From Thermoplasmatota archaeon (GTDB lineage Archaea; Thermoplasmatota; Penumbrarchaeia; Penumbrarchaeales; Penumbrarchaeaceae), in contig JARVGK010000037.1 in assembly GCA_029762535.1 (NCBI GenBank), positions 1 through 25,850 on the forward strand: DNA of 25,850 bases, given 5' to 3'. Each line of letters starts with the position of its first letter. The first letter of the stretch is position 1. Below the pieces are notes generated by a model, which was not told the origin of the DNA, did not search any database, and saw only the letters and a program-made list of their open reading frames with translations. Below, one piece after another: positions 15,364-25,548 of the stretch. The position numbers and the translations under genes were made by a program.

Positions 15364-17007
15364 TTATTTCCCGTCAATGTCAAAGAGAAGGTCCTTCGTC
15401 GATCCGGTCGCCTTCCAGAGCTCCTTCAATCCCTCGCGGAACTGAACGGGATCTTTGGTTATTAGCTTCTTCACAGTGGTATCCAATCCTTGCGCGTAGC
15501 CCACTTCATGTGTGGTATAGCTCCATCCTCCAACCTTCTCGAGCCCAAGGCCCTTGATGAAGGCGTACTTTGCGGCCTTGAGCTTGATGTCGTCCTCCTG
15601 ATAGCGCTCCAGCACCCTGGAGGCACCATCACCGCCCCTTATGGTGTATGCTATAGCGCATTCGTAGGCGAACTCGATCATCTTCGGGGGGTCCCTCGGG
15701 GGCCTTAGCTTCTTCCTAATACGCCTCTCTTCAAGCAGATACCTCCCCTCTTCTACGACGGTCATCGGCTGATATCTTGGGTAGGGGTGATCCCTGAACA
15801 CCTTGCTCGCGATCCCGTCATCACCCAGGGATCTTTTCAGAATTTCCAGGCCGATCTCCGCCCAGAACGGCCCGATCATTCTGTTGACCGATGGCTCGGG
15901 AGATATGATGGGCCCTTTCTCCAGTTCTAGGAATACACGCATGATCTCCAGCTCGCTCTCCTTCGGGGAGACTGCCTTTATTAGCTTGGACCGATCGTCC
16001 CCAAGGCATATGTTTCCGATTATGTACACCCTTCGCCCAGCCTCCTTAAGCGATGCCTCATATGTGTCCTTGGCCTTCTCAATGAGCCTGTGGTCCATGA
16101 TCTTTCCTTGGAGATACAGGTCCTCGTCGGTCTCCTCCTTTACCTTGCCCAGACGTTTAAGGAAAGAGACCTTTTCCGGCTTCTTCTCTGGAGGATTGCA
16201 GGGGCAATCAGCGGACCTGTCGCATAGGGGCTTGACCACTGATTCCACGCTGAAGAACTGGGAGATCTTTGGGGAGGCCATGTATGAGGCGCATGTCGCG
16301 TACATGTTGTCCTTGTTCTGAATGGAATGTGCGTATGACCTGGCCATGTCCAGGTCTGCGCTCTTCCATCTGACTATAAGATACGGATCGGCGTGAGGGT
16401 GCCTCTTGACCACCCTGCCTGGGTCGAGATCGGAACTGAATATCAACCCCTCTTTCCTTCTCATATTCTTCCCTAATCTCTTCGGGAGGACATCGAGAAC
16501 CTCCTTGGGTGGTTTTGGGTCCTTTCCGGTGCATATCAGCTCGTTCTCCGTGACGAACATGAAGAGGCCCTTGCTCTTCACCACGTCCAGATATGCCATC
16601 AACTTCACCCTTGGGTCGTCGTAGTTCTGCAATCCCACAAGCTTCTCGGGAGGGGTTGAACCCCTCATGGCGTAGACGACCTCCCCAAAGGGCCCTTTGA
16701 AGATGGCCAGATAGGGGATCTTGTCCTCATGTAGAAGAAGGAGGGTCCCGGCGTAGGCCTTGACAAGCGGATCACCTTTTTTCGAATGCCTCTCGAGGGC
16801 GGAGCGGTTGTCCTTCAGTCTCTGCACGTCCTTTAGCTCCTTTCTTATCTTGTTAAAATAAGGTACGGACACCGTACATCTGGGGAGGGCGAGGTCCACG
16901 TCCTGGGACAGTCTGGTGGCCTTTCTCTTGATCTCCTTCTCCATTCCTTTGGAGACGGACCTTGCCGCGGTCCTCAATCTCATTCCTTTCTTACCCGGAT
17001 TGGCCAT
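15364..17007 (-). CDS. Hypothetical basic cytoplasmic protein (547 aa)
   Basis: Long ORF filling the gap between the ATPase and thiR; Lys/Arg-rich; no catalytic motif recognised. Confidence 0.8.
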   Translation of the reverse strand: MANPGKKGMRLRTAARSVSKGMEKEIKRKATRLSQDVDLALPRCTVSVPYFNKIRKELKDVQRLKDNRSALERHSKKGDPLVKAYAGTLLLLHEDKIPYLAIFKGPFGEVVYAMRGSTPPEKLVGLQNYDDPRVKLMAYLDVVKSKGLFMFVTENELICTGKDPKPPKEVLDVLPKRLGKNMRRKEGLIFSSDLDPGRVVKRHPHADPYLIVRWKSADLDMARSYAHSIQNKDNMYATCASYMASPKISQFFSVESVVKPLCDRSADCPCNPPEKKPEKVSFLKRLGKVKEETDEDLYLQGKIMDHRLIEKAKDTYEASLKEAGRRVYIIGNICLGDDRSKLIKAVSPKESELEIMRVFLELEKGPIISPEPSVNRMIGPFWAEIGLEILKRSLGDDGIASKVFRDHPYPRYQPMTVVEEGRYLLEERRIRKKLRPPRDPPKMIEFAYECAIAYTIRGGDGASRVLERYQEDDIKLKAAKYAFIKGLGLEKVGGWSYTTHEVGYAQGLDTTVKKLITKDPVQFREGLKELWKATGSTKDLLFDIDGK

Positions 17008-17060
17008 GGCACCGAACCGTTTTCAACGTATATCAAGATGACCGAAGGCCTGTTTCCCAT

Positions 17061-17102
17061 CGCAAGTTATTTATTGGTTATAATAATTCACAACTTGATT
17101 AT
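17061..17102 (+). promoter_or_regulatory. thiR operon promoter with candidate ThiR operator
   Basis: CGCAAG-TTATTTAT BRE/TATA-like element (17061-17074), then the inverted repeat ATAAT-N10-ATTAT (17083-17102) abutting ATG 17103. Confidence 0.5.
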
Positions 17103-17993
17103 ATGAGGCCCCCGTGCGCTTTGGTAGTCGAGGAAGCTCTGCCCGAGATACGAAAGAGGATCGCGAAGCATCTCTATTCACGTGGGTCCTCCCAGGATGA
17201 GATCGGAAAGCTTCTTGGGGTCTCGCAGGCGATGGTCAGCCGATATATGAAAGAGGAGATCATAAGAATGGAGGCCCTCGAGGCCTTCGTTGATGGTATG
17301 TCCAGGCCTCTCAGCGCCCTTGCAGAGACCGGTGACGATCATGACCTCACGGATCTCTTTTGCACATTATGCTCCCGACTTATATCCGCGGGATATCTTG
17401 ACCTTGCATATGAGCGAAGATACGATGGAATGAGGATGCCGAGGTCCGTCTGCAATGCCAATTACGAGGACAGGTCCAGGATCATAGAGGAACTGTCGGC
17501 CGCCCAGAGATATCTTGAAGGCCACATGATCCCGGACCTCGTTCCGGCCGTCAAGATCAATATCGCGGGGTGTATCAAAGACCCTTCATCCAGGGAAGAT
17601 GTCGCCTCATTCCCGGGGAGGTTGTTGGAAGAGGAGGGATCTCTCAGGAGGACATTACCGCCGACCTTCGGCTCCTCCCGGCACCTTGCCGATATATTGA
17701 TGGAGGCCCATGGATCGGACGGTGCCGTCAACAGTGTCATGAACCTTGGATATTCTCAAAGGATAGGTTCAGCGCTCGATCGTTTGGGGGTCAGAAGTAA
17801 GCTCATAAGGAGGAATGAAGGGCAGATGGTCAAAGGCATAGGCCGGCTCATCTCTGAGGGTTACAGGGCCATTGCCGATCCCGGGGATTTTGGAATAGAA
17901 CCCTGCCTCTACCTCTTCGGATCTTCCCCTCTGGAAGTAGCGAGTATGGCCGTAAGCATACAGAAGCGGATCGATGGTTCGGAGGTGATTTGA
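17103..17993 (+). CDS. thiR: ThiR-type regulator (HTH + ThiN thiamine-phosphate synthase-like domain)
   Basis: MRPPC...SQDEIGKLLGVSQAMVSRY HTH; ThiN-domain motifs LVPAVKINI, VASFPGRL, FGSSRHLA and DPGDFGIEP; first gene of a thiamine ABC operon. Confidence 0.88.
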   Translation: MRPPCALVVEEALPEIRKRIAKHLYSRGSSQDEIGKLLGVSQAMVSRYMKEEIIRMEALEAFVDGMSRPLSALAETGDDHDLTDLFCTLCSRLISAGYLDLAYERRYDGMRMPRSVCNANYEDRSRIIEELSAAQRYLEGHMIPDLVPAVKINIAGCIKDPSSREDVASFPGRLLEEEGSLRRTLPPTFGSSRHLADILMEAHGSDGAVNSVMNLGYSQRIGSALDRLGVRSKLIRRNEGQMVKGIGRLISEGYRAIADPGDFGIEPCLYLFGSSPLEVASMAVSIQKRIDGSEVI

Positions 17994-18008
17994 ACGAACG
18001 GAAACAAA

Positions 18009-19049
18009 ATGGTCCCAAAGACGATCGCGATCGTCGCGGTCTTCTTGGTCCTTGCCTTTGCTGTAGGAGGGTCCATGTACTATCTTTGGAGATCTAAGGA
18101 GAATGATAACGACCTCGTAATATATTGTTATGACAGTTTCGTGACATGGGGGCTCGGACCCGAGGTCAAGGGGATATTCGAGGAAAGGTACGATGTGAGC
18201 GTATCTATGGTACCATGCGGGGATGTGGGCCAATTATTAGGCAAGCTTGATGCCGAAAAGGGATCCCCTAAGGCCGACCTTGCGATAGGCATTGACAATT
18301 CCATGCTGCACATCGCCAAAAGGCTCGACCTCCTTGAACCCTACGTTCCGCCGAGCATCGAACGGGTCAATACCTCCCTCATTTTCGATAACGGACATCT
18401 TGTGACCCCCTATGATCATGGCTACATCGCCATCATCTGCAACCGATCGCTGATGGAGAAGAGATCCCTCCCCTATCCGGGTTCCATATTGGAACTATCC
18501 GATCCGATATACAAAGGCCAGATAATGCTCATCGACCCCGCCACCTCTTCGACAGGGTCCTCCTTCCTGATCTGGTCCGCCGCAGTTGCCGGAAAGGATC
18601 TGGGTGGTTATCTAAAAGCGCTGTCGAGCAACAGTGGGGGACGGGTGGTCGGCACCTGGGATGCGATGTACGCGGCCTTTCTGTCGGGTGAGGTGCCCAT
18701 ATCCATCTCCTATGGATTGGATACGGCCTCAGAGATACTTTTCTACGGCAGCAGCGGCACTGTGACCATCGTCCCCGAGAAAGAGGGATACAGGCAGATA
18801 GAGGGGGCTGGCATCGTCAAGGGGGCGAAGAACAGGGAGCTTGCCGAGCGATTCATTGAATTCATGCTTGAGGAGGATTTCCAGTCTCGGGTAGGCTACA
18901 ATGTCATGCTCCCCGTGGTTCCCGGGTCCTATGTGGAGCCGGAGTTCCTCGAACACGGTCGTTATGCGATAGAGCATGTCGAGCCGGGATCGGACGTCAT
19001 AGAGGAGAATTACGGCACCTGGATGGGGATCTGGGAGGATTCCTTCTGA
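18009..19049 (+). CDS. thiB: Thiamine ABC transporter substrate-binding protein
   Basis: YCYDSFVTWGLGP, ADLAIGIDN, PYDHGY, DPATSSTG, ISY and YRQIEGAGI motifs of TbpA/ThiB. Confidence 0.92.
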   Translation: MVPKTIAIVAVFLVLAFAVGGSMYYLWRSKENDNDLVIYCYDSFVTWGLGPEVKGIFEERYDVSVSMVPCGDVGQLLGKLDAEKGSPKADLAIGIDNSMLHIAKRLDLLEPYVPPSIERVNTSLIFDNGHLVTPYDHGYIAIICNRSLMEKRSLPYPGSILELSDPIYKGQIMLIDPATSSTGSSFLIWSAAVAGKDLGGYLKALSSNSGGRVVGTWDAMYAAFLSGEVPISISYGLDTASEILFYGSSGTVTIVPEKEGYRQIEGAGIVKGAKNRELAERFIEFMLEEDFQSRVGYNVMLPVVPGSYVEPEFLEHGRYAIEHVEPGSDVIEENYGTWMGIWEDSF

Positions 19050-19075
19050 GGGTCCCTCGATTTGACGGATCGAGC

Positions 19076-20710
19076 ATGGGACGCTATTCTGGCTATCTGT
19101 TCTTCATATTGTTCCTTGCTGCGTTCTGTTACATCCCCCTGTATCATGTCATGAAGTACGCTTTCATCGGGGAGTGGGGGCCGGGATATATCGTTGATGG
19201 TCTTCTATCGAGGAGGTCCGCCGGTATCATCTGGTTCACAATCTATCAAAGCGCGATCTCATCGATACTGACGGTTCTCATCGCCCTTCCCGGGGCATTC
19301 ATACTGTCCAGGTACAGGTTCAGGGGCCTATCCATGTTCATGTCCATGAGCATGGTCCCCTTCGTGATACCGCCCATGGTCCTGTCCATAGCCTTTCTCT
19401 CTTTCTTCGGATCGAGAGGATATCTGAACGGTTTGTTGGGATCCCTCAGCGGAGGAAGGTTCGATCTTGAGATACTCTATACTCCCGTCGGCATCGTGTT
19501 GGCGCACATTATCCTGAACTATCCCGTGGCTTTGAGGATACTTCACGCCAGGGCATCGACCCTCGATGGCAGGCTCGAGATGGCATCGATACTTATGGGG
19601 GCAAAAAAGGCAAGGACATTCTTTCGTGTTGTTCTTCCCCAGATGAAATACTCGCTGATCGCGGCATCGTCCCTGGTCTTCACATTCTGCTTTCTATCCT
19701 TCGGGGTTATTCTCGTGATCGGCGGCATGACCAACGCGACCATAGAGGTCGAGATATACCGCCAGTTCAGCGGTGCCTTCGATAGAGGGCTTGCCGGATC
19801 CCTTCTTATTGTACAGACCGCGATCCTGCTCTTCACCACATGGCTCTATCTTTACAGCTCGAGCAGGGAAGCGCATATCAAAGCAGGGGAACCATTGCTA
19901 TCCAGGAGAGGTTTTCTTGGTGTCTCCCTTTCTGTTTCTTATACTATGATAGCCGCCATCCTTTTGCTCGGCCCCCTCCTGGCCGTGGTCGTTGGATCGT
20001 TCAAGTTAGGGGGTGGCCTTTTTAATGGATCGACCTTCGGAAATTACATGACCGTTCTGTCCAGGGAGGCGGATCCCACTATTGGCACGAGTGGACTGGG
20101 AGCTATCTTGAATTCCTTGATATTCGCATTTTTATCGGTATTGATATCCGTGCCGCTCTCGATATCATCCGCCTTCCTTCTGGATTCGAGATCGTTTCGG
20201 GGCAAGTCCCTTCTCGATGTCATGATCCTTTTTCCTATAGGCGCATCAGCGGTGGCGTTGGGTTACGGCCTTTCGAGGGGGTGGCCCTCATCACTGATGT
20301 CCGGGACATGGATCATCATCGTTGCCGTCCACGTCCTACTTGCGTATCCATTCTGCACCAGGGCCGTCACGGCCTCGAAGAGGGAGATGTCCCAAGAGAT
20401 GATGAGGGCGGCGGAATTGATGGGAGCTTCAAAATGGAGGATATTCGGCAACATATGGCTGCCTGTCCTTCTGCCCGGGATCATGGTCGCATCCGTTTTC
20501 GCCTTCGCGATCTCGCTTGGCGAGTTCGGCGCTACGTACATGGTCTATTCTCCCGAGTACACCACGATGCCGGTCGCTCTTTACAGGTTCGTCGCCGGAG
20601 GAAGGGATATGGGGGCGCTGACGGCATATTCCGTCATCATGATCTTCGTCATAGCCGCATCGATGCTGTCCTTGGACCTCATCTTCAGGAGGCTAAAAAG
20701 ATGGGTCTGA
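19076..20710 (+). CDS. thiP: Thiamine ABC transporter permease (fused two-domain)
   Basis: Multi-TM protein with FTIYQS, PFVIP, LAHIILNYP, two EAA-like loops (LEMASILMGA, RAAELMGAS) and FAISLGEFGAT. Confidence 0.9.
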   Translation: MGRYSGYLFFILFLAAFCYIPLYHVMKYAFIGEWGPGYIVDGLLSRRSAGIIWFTIYQSAISSILTVLIALPGAFILSRYRFRGLSMFMSMSMVPFVIPPMVLSIAFLSFFGSRGYLNGLLGSLSGGRFDLEILYTPVGIVLAHIILNYPVALRILHARASTLDGRLEMASILMGAKKARTFFRVVLPQMKYSLIAASSLVFTFCFLSFGVILVIGGMTNATIEVEIYRQFSGAFDRGLAGSLLIVQTAILLFTTWLYLYSSSREAHIKAGEPLLSRRGFLGVSLSVSYTMIAAILLLGPLLAVVVGSFKLGGGLFNGSTFGNYMTVLSREADPTIGTSGLGAILNSLIFAFLSVLISVPLSISSAFLLDSRSFRGKSLLDVMILFPIGASAVALGYGLSRGWPSSLMSGTWIIIVAVHVLLAYPFCTRAVTASKREMSQEMMRAAELMGASKWRIFGNIWLPVLLPGIMVASVFAFAISLGEFGATYMVYSPEYTTMPVALYRFVAGGRDMGALTAYSVIMIFVIAASMLSLDLIFRRLKRWV

Positions 20711-21714
20711 GGATAATCGATGTATCATATTCCTACGATGGAGGGGACAAGGTCCTCGATGGGATATCACTCGATGTGAACAAAGGGGAAATAGTATCGA
20801 TACTTGGGAGGTCCGGATCGGGAAAGACCACTCTCCTCAACATCATCGCGGGATTTTTGAAAACACTGAAAGGAAGGGTGACGATAAACGGGGTGGATGT
20901 GAACGCTCTCCTGCCAGGGGAGAGGAACGTGGGGATGGTGTTCCAGGACCTTGCCCTCTTTCCCCACATGACGGTCAGGCAGAATATCGAGTTTCCGTTG
21001 AGGGCAAGGAAGATGAATGGGATCGATATCCGGAAAAGAGCCGATGATGTTCAGAAGATGCTGGGGATCGGAAAACTATCCGAAAGGAACGTCACGAGAT
21101 TGTCCGGCGGTGAGAGACAGAGGACCGCTCTCGCCAGAGCCCTGGTTTACAGGCCCTCGGTACTTCTGATGGACGAGCCGCTCTCGTCATTGGACCCGAC
21201 GATGAAGGACGATCTGAGAAGGGATATCCTGCGCATCCTGAAGATGACCGGTACGACCACCCTCTTCGTCACCCATGATAGAACGGAAGCACTTTCGATC
21301 TCGGACAGGATATGCGTGATCGATGGAGGGAAGGTAATCGAGGACGGTCTGCCCGCGAAAATATTCTGGAGGCCGGGATCCCTCTCCGGAGCGGACTTCA
21401 TGGGAGTATGCGGTCCTATAAGGATCGTGGATCGAGATAACGGATGGGCATCTACGCCATACGGAAGAATACCGGATCCAGGGCCGGATGCCACCCACAT
21501 CGGGTTCAGGCCGGAATCGATATCTTTCGAAAGCTGTGGTGATTCCATATCGATGAGAGGCATAGTGCGTGAGTGGGAGTTCGTTGGAGGCCATTACCTC
21601 CTCGGTATAGAAACCGTGCTGGGAACGATCAGGGCTCCTTTTAACAGGGGGATCGATCCCGGCCTGGATATGACTTTTTTCATACGCTTCCGGGACCTGA
21701 TCCCCTTGAAGTGA
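20701..21714 (+). CDS. thiQ: Thiamine ABC transporter ATP-binding protein
   Basis: Walker A GRSGSGKT, VFQDLALFPH, LSGGERQR, LLMDEP and VTHD. ATG 20701 overlaps the permease end. Confidence 0.9.
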   Translation: MGLRIIDVSYSYDGGDKVLDGISLDVNKGEIVSILGRSGSGKTTLLNIIAGFLKTLKGRVTINGVDVNALLPGERNVGMVFQDLALFPHMTVRQNIEFPLRARKMNGIDIRKRADDVQKMLGIGKLSERNVTRLSGGERQRTALARALVYRPSVLLMDEPLSSLDPTMKDDLRRDILRILKMTGTTTLFVTHDRTEALSISDRICVIDGGKVIEDGLPAKIFWRPGSLSGADFMGVCGPIRIVDRDNGWASTPYGRIPDPGPDATHIGFRPESISFESCGDSISMRGIVREWEFVGGHYLLGIETVLGTIRAPFNRGIDPGLDMTFFIRFRDLIPLK

Positions 21715-21730
21715 GCGTCTCGGTGTGGTG

Positions 21731-24700
21731 TCATTGTTTTGGATCTTGGGCCACGGTCGTTGCCGGAGGCGAGGGTTGGGTAGGTGCCTGCGTAGCAGGA
21801 GGAGGCATCACCGATATCCTATTGGGCAACTGGCCGGCACTGACAGGAGCGTTAATCGATTGGGAGGGTATATTTTCATCAGGGCCTTCACCCTCGCTCA
21901 CCTTCTCTTCAGGAGGCTTCTCCATCTTGCCCCTGACGAAGAACATGACCGCCGCACCTATCGCCAATCCGATGAGTAGGAATATTATGATGAAGATTAC
22001 AAGCAGCCCGATCCCAACCTTGCCTGTATCAGATGAGACCTCTTTGATCATGAGGTCAGTGGGATGAGTTTGTGCCTCATATCCGATCGTATCGAAGCCG
22101 GCGATGATCATCCCATCCTCAGTGCTCATATACGATGTTGTGGCGTACATCCTCAGGGGCATGGAGACCCCTGCCTGTTCCAGGTCAGTCATAGGAATGG
22201 TCCATTCTATCTGACTACCGTTGACGGTAGGCGACCCATATGAATTTCGTTCCCCCAATGAAAGATAGCTCTCTTCCGCAAGAAGGTAGGTCAGACCTCT
22301 TGAAGGTCTCATCATATCGATATTGTCGATGCTTAGTTTGGATTGATCGTAATCCTGCTCACGGAATGAGTTCTTTACGAAGAAAACCCTGTACATACCT
22401 TTGGCGCCGGATTGGTCCCAACCATATCCTTCCGGGACTGGGTTTGAACCCAATGTCATCGTGATGAAGGCGAACTCATCATCGGCCGTGCACTCAAGTT
22501 TCGTAATGTTGATCTCCGGGATGTCGGTGTTGTCGGCCTGTGAAGGTAAACCATCAGCGTTTCGAATTTCCATCCTCACAGGAGGCGTGTTCTTTTCATA
22601 CAGCGTGTGGATCTCCTCGATCGAGTATGGGGGTTCCGGTTTCTCGATCGTGAGGGATATCTCCCCAATCTGAACGAGGAATTCCCCATCGTTCACGGTG
22701 CAGGTTATGAGGTATTCGCCGGGCTCATCGATCCTATACTTCATCTCCTTCGTCGTTCCGATCTCCTTTCCGTCGAGCTTCCATGAATAGGCTATCTCGA
22801 GCGGCCTGTTGTCCGAATCGGAGGCCTCTGCCTTTAGCCATATCTCATCTCCCCTCAGGAACTTCGCGACAGAAGGCGGTGATAATATGGACCCTATTGG
22901 TGGATCGTTGACGGGGTTCACATATATGGTGATGTTGAATCTCAGCTCCGACTGACCGTCCGTTACCGTGACAGGTACCGTCTTCGTTCCTGTGTAATTC
23001 TCACGAGGCATGATGATCAGTCTCAACGTGGAGGGATCCACCTCGAGATCGATATCCTCATAGATATCGAAGGTGAACTGGAGTTCATCATCGTCCTTGT
23101 CTCTGATAAGTTCGGAGAGATCGATCTGCTCATCATCGACATGGTCCTCGTCAATTATGGCGTATATGTTCTCCTTGGTTGTCAGGGTCGGCGGAGAGTT
23201 CTTTATGATGACCTCTGCAGAATGGACCGCTGTATGGTTCAGCCCGTCGGTGGAGTTCACCTCCACCCTGATGACATCTTGCTTCTTCGTCGCTGAGGGA
23301 GGGATGATGACATTATCCAGATCCGATACTCTGACCTTGTTGAACTCGGACCTCTCCTCTTCGTTTATGAACACGCGATAAGTGTAATATATGGTTTCAA
23401 GGTCCCTGTCCGTGCTTGGGACCAAGAGAGCGGACCTTATGGTGGAGTCGGTGTACGCTGGCATGGGGGTCAATGAGATCCGCGGATCGGTCGGAGCGTT
23501 GTTCTCGACGATTATGGCATCTGCGATCGTTCTATGTGTGATCACTCCGAATATATCGGTGACCTTGATTATTATGCTATAATTTCCCAGAAGAGATTCG
23601 GCAGTTGGACGGAAATCGATGTAATATCTGTTCTCGTTCTCCACCAGCATGATGTTCTCGAAGTATTCATCTGAGACCGTGAATTTGTCCGGGCTCAAAT
23701 ACATGAATTCTACCTCCAGGTCCTTTGTAGGCTGGTCCGCATCAACAATAACTGCCGTTATCGTGATTCTATCGGTCCTGAGTACCCTATCAGGAATGAT
23801 GACCTCCCCTATGGTGGGATTGATATTTTGTCTCCAACTTGCTGCAAGGGTCTGTAACGTTGCAGAATTACCATTTATCCTGTAGAAAAAAACTCTGATC
23901 TGAATGATGCTGTTCAAAAAGGGATCGATCGATCTGATATTTACCGTGGGTCCTTCGTTCATTTTATAGGAGGTTATCACCTTACCTGTTTCCGCGTTGA
24001 GGATCTGGACCTCGAGCATATTCGTGCTCGATCCTTCGGCTTGGAAGTAGAGGTTCTCCCAATAGTTATTCGAAGCGAGAGAGATGTTCTTTGAAACGAA
24101 GTATCCCATCTGCTGACCGCTTTGCAGTCTTATTGTACCTTGTAATGTGTCAGTGGATTTCATATCGCTTGTATACAGATGAGTATTGAACGAGTCCCGC
24201 CAACCGGAGGATGAATGATAGTCGATGATGAAGGCATTAAGCATCGGAACGAGCCCGATCCTTCTCTTCACAGAGATATTCATGATGAATGTATCCACCT
24301 TCTTCTCGTTCAAGGGGCTCAGATCGATTAGCGTTACTCCTTGATAGGTGGGAAAACCATCTATTGGTGACCGGTCCGTTTTCATGATCGATATCGTGAT
24401 CCCATGGCAGGTATAAGAGGGATCTTTGAATATCACACTGCTCCATTGCATATTCGAGGGCAGGACTATAGGTTTAGTGATCGCATATGAATCGTTATAC
24501 TTCTCAAAGACTCTAAGGTCATCGAAGTAAGATGTTATATATGTGTAACCAACGCGTTTTCCGGCGATGAGACCGATCCTATTGAAGGTATCATGGTTGT
24601 TACTGAACTTGTATGTGGTCACATCGGAAGATGCACCATATTGGGAGGTGGTGGACAATTTAAATTCGTTCTTCGAGCAGTCGAATTCGATGTTCACGGT

Positions 24701-25342
24701 GTACCACGTGTTTGTGTATCCATAAAGCAGCTGATTCCATTTGGTATCATAAACGCTCAATGCGTTGTCAATAAAACCGATCCTTGTTATTATATCGGAG
24801 GCTTCCGGATTGTTGCTGGTGGATGCATACAGGTATATGAGGGTAGTCTCCTGGGTCTGGGGAGCAACGTAGTTCGTTCCCATCTTGATCGATATGTATC
24901 CCTTCGTCATCGAGAAATTCTCTGACAGGATATAGGATGCGGTAGTGGTGGATCCGCAATACTGGACCCCGATAGTCCCCCCAGTAGGTGTCATGGAAGA
25001 GTCTTTTTGGGCCGTGAATTGGCCCATATTATGCGTATCATGACGGGTCCATCCGTTCAGACCTATGAGTTCTTCGTTATCGTTATAGCTCTCGAAGTCC
25101 TCGAACGGGACCTCGTCCATGGGTTGGACCATGGAGGATTGGACTCTTGCATTTATGATTTCTTCAAGTCCGTCCTCATCATCGAAATCCTCTGTGATCT
25201 CTCCACCATATACGTCCGATACAATATCCGCTCTTGATAACACAGGTGGAGCGGGTGAAGGCTCATCAGCGATCGTTGCCAAGTTCACGAATGATATCGA
25301 GATCAGCCAAAGCACTACCAATATTCCAAGTCCCCTTTGCAA
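21731..25342 (-). CDS. Large surface-anchored beta-rich protein with Ig-like/cadherin (tandem-95-like)/PKD domains, C-terminal TM helix and Pro-rich tail
   Basis: Signal-like LQRGLGILVVLWL after a GGGGGT RBS (TTG 25342; frame open to 25381); NNAP, NSPP, IDED..DKDDDEL, VNPVNDPP and YSWKLDG motifs; TM helix IGLLVIFIIIFLLIGLAIGAAVMFFV; P/Q/A/T-rich tail. Confidence 0.85.
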   Translation of the reverse strand: MQRGLGILVVLWLISISFVNLATIADEPSPAPPVLSRADIVSDVYGGEITEDFDDEDGLEEIINARVQSSMVQPMDEVPFEDFESYNDNEELIGLNGWTRHDTHNMGQFTAQKDSSMTPTGGTIGVQYCGSTTTASYILSENFSMTKGYISIKMGTNYVAPQTQETTLIYLYASTSNNPEASDIITRIGFIDNALSVYDTKWNQLLYGYTNTWYTVNIEFDCSKNEFKLSTTSQYGASSDVTTYKFSNNHDTFNRIGLIAGKRVGYTYITSYFDDLRVFEKYNDSYAITKPIVLPSNMQWSSVIFKDPSYTCHGITISIMKTDRSPIDGFPTYQGVTLIDLSPLNEKKVDTFIMNISVKRRIGLVPMLNAFIIDYHSSSGWRDSFNTHLYTSDMKSTDTLQGTIRLQSGQQMGYFVSKNISLASNNYWENLYFQAEGSSTNMLEVQILNAETGKVITSYKMNEGPTVNIRSIDPFLNSIIQIRVFFYRINGNSATLQTLAASWRQNINPTIGEVIIPDRVLRTDRITITAVIVDADQPTKDLEVEFMYLSPDKFTVSDEYFENIMLVENENRYYIDFRPTAESLLGNYSIIIKVTDIFGVITHRTIADAIIVENNAPTDPRISLTPMPAYTDSTIRSALLVPSTDRDLETIYYTYRVFINEEERSEFNKVRVSDLDNVIIPPSATKKQDVIRVEVNSTDGLNHTAVHSAEVIIKNSPPTLTTKENIYAIIDEDHVDDEQIDLSELIRDKDDDELQFTFDIYEDIDLEVDPSTLRLIIMPRENYTGTKTVPVTVTDGQSELRFNITIYVNPVNDPPIGSILSPPSVAKFLRGDEIWLKAEASDSDNRPLEIAYSWKLDGKEIGTTKEMKYRIDEPGEYLITCTVNDGEFLVQIGEISLTIEKPEPPYSIEEIHTLYEKNTPPVRMEIRNADGLPSQADNTDIPEINITKLECTADDEFAFITMTLGSNPVPEGYGWDQSGAKGMYRVFFVKNSFREQDYDQSKLSIDNIDMMRPSRGLTYLLAEESYLSLGERNSYGSPTVNGSQIEWTIPMTDLEQAGVSMPLRMYATTSYMSTEDGMIIAGFDTIGYEAQTHPTDLMIKEVSSDTGKVGIGLLVIFIIIFLLIGLAIGAAVMFFVRGKMEKPPEEKVSEGEGPDENIPSQSINAPVSAGQLPNRISVMPPPATQAPTQPSPPATTVAQDPKQ

Positions 25343-25548
25343 TGTTATTACCCCCTGATGTAAATGGAAAACATCCGGCACCCGTCAAATGTATTCCCAT
25401 CCATCCTTGTTAAGGCCCAGACTGTTATTTATATGTTATGAATGGCCATCAGCATCAAGGAGACTAAATCATAGATAACACCTTCTTTATTTGACGAATA
25501 GGCCGAAGGTTGGCAGTGGGTTCATATCCCTATCGTCAATATCTAGCG

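Noticed and set aside
16962-17102. N-terminal extension of the thiR ORF
   Set aside because: It overlaps the divergent gene and the promoter; the family-typical start is MRPPC at 17103.
20281-20700. 140-aa N-terminal extension of the ABC ATPase ORF
   Set aside because: It overlaps the permease in another frame; the ABC domain starts at ATG 20701.
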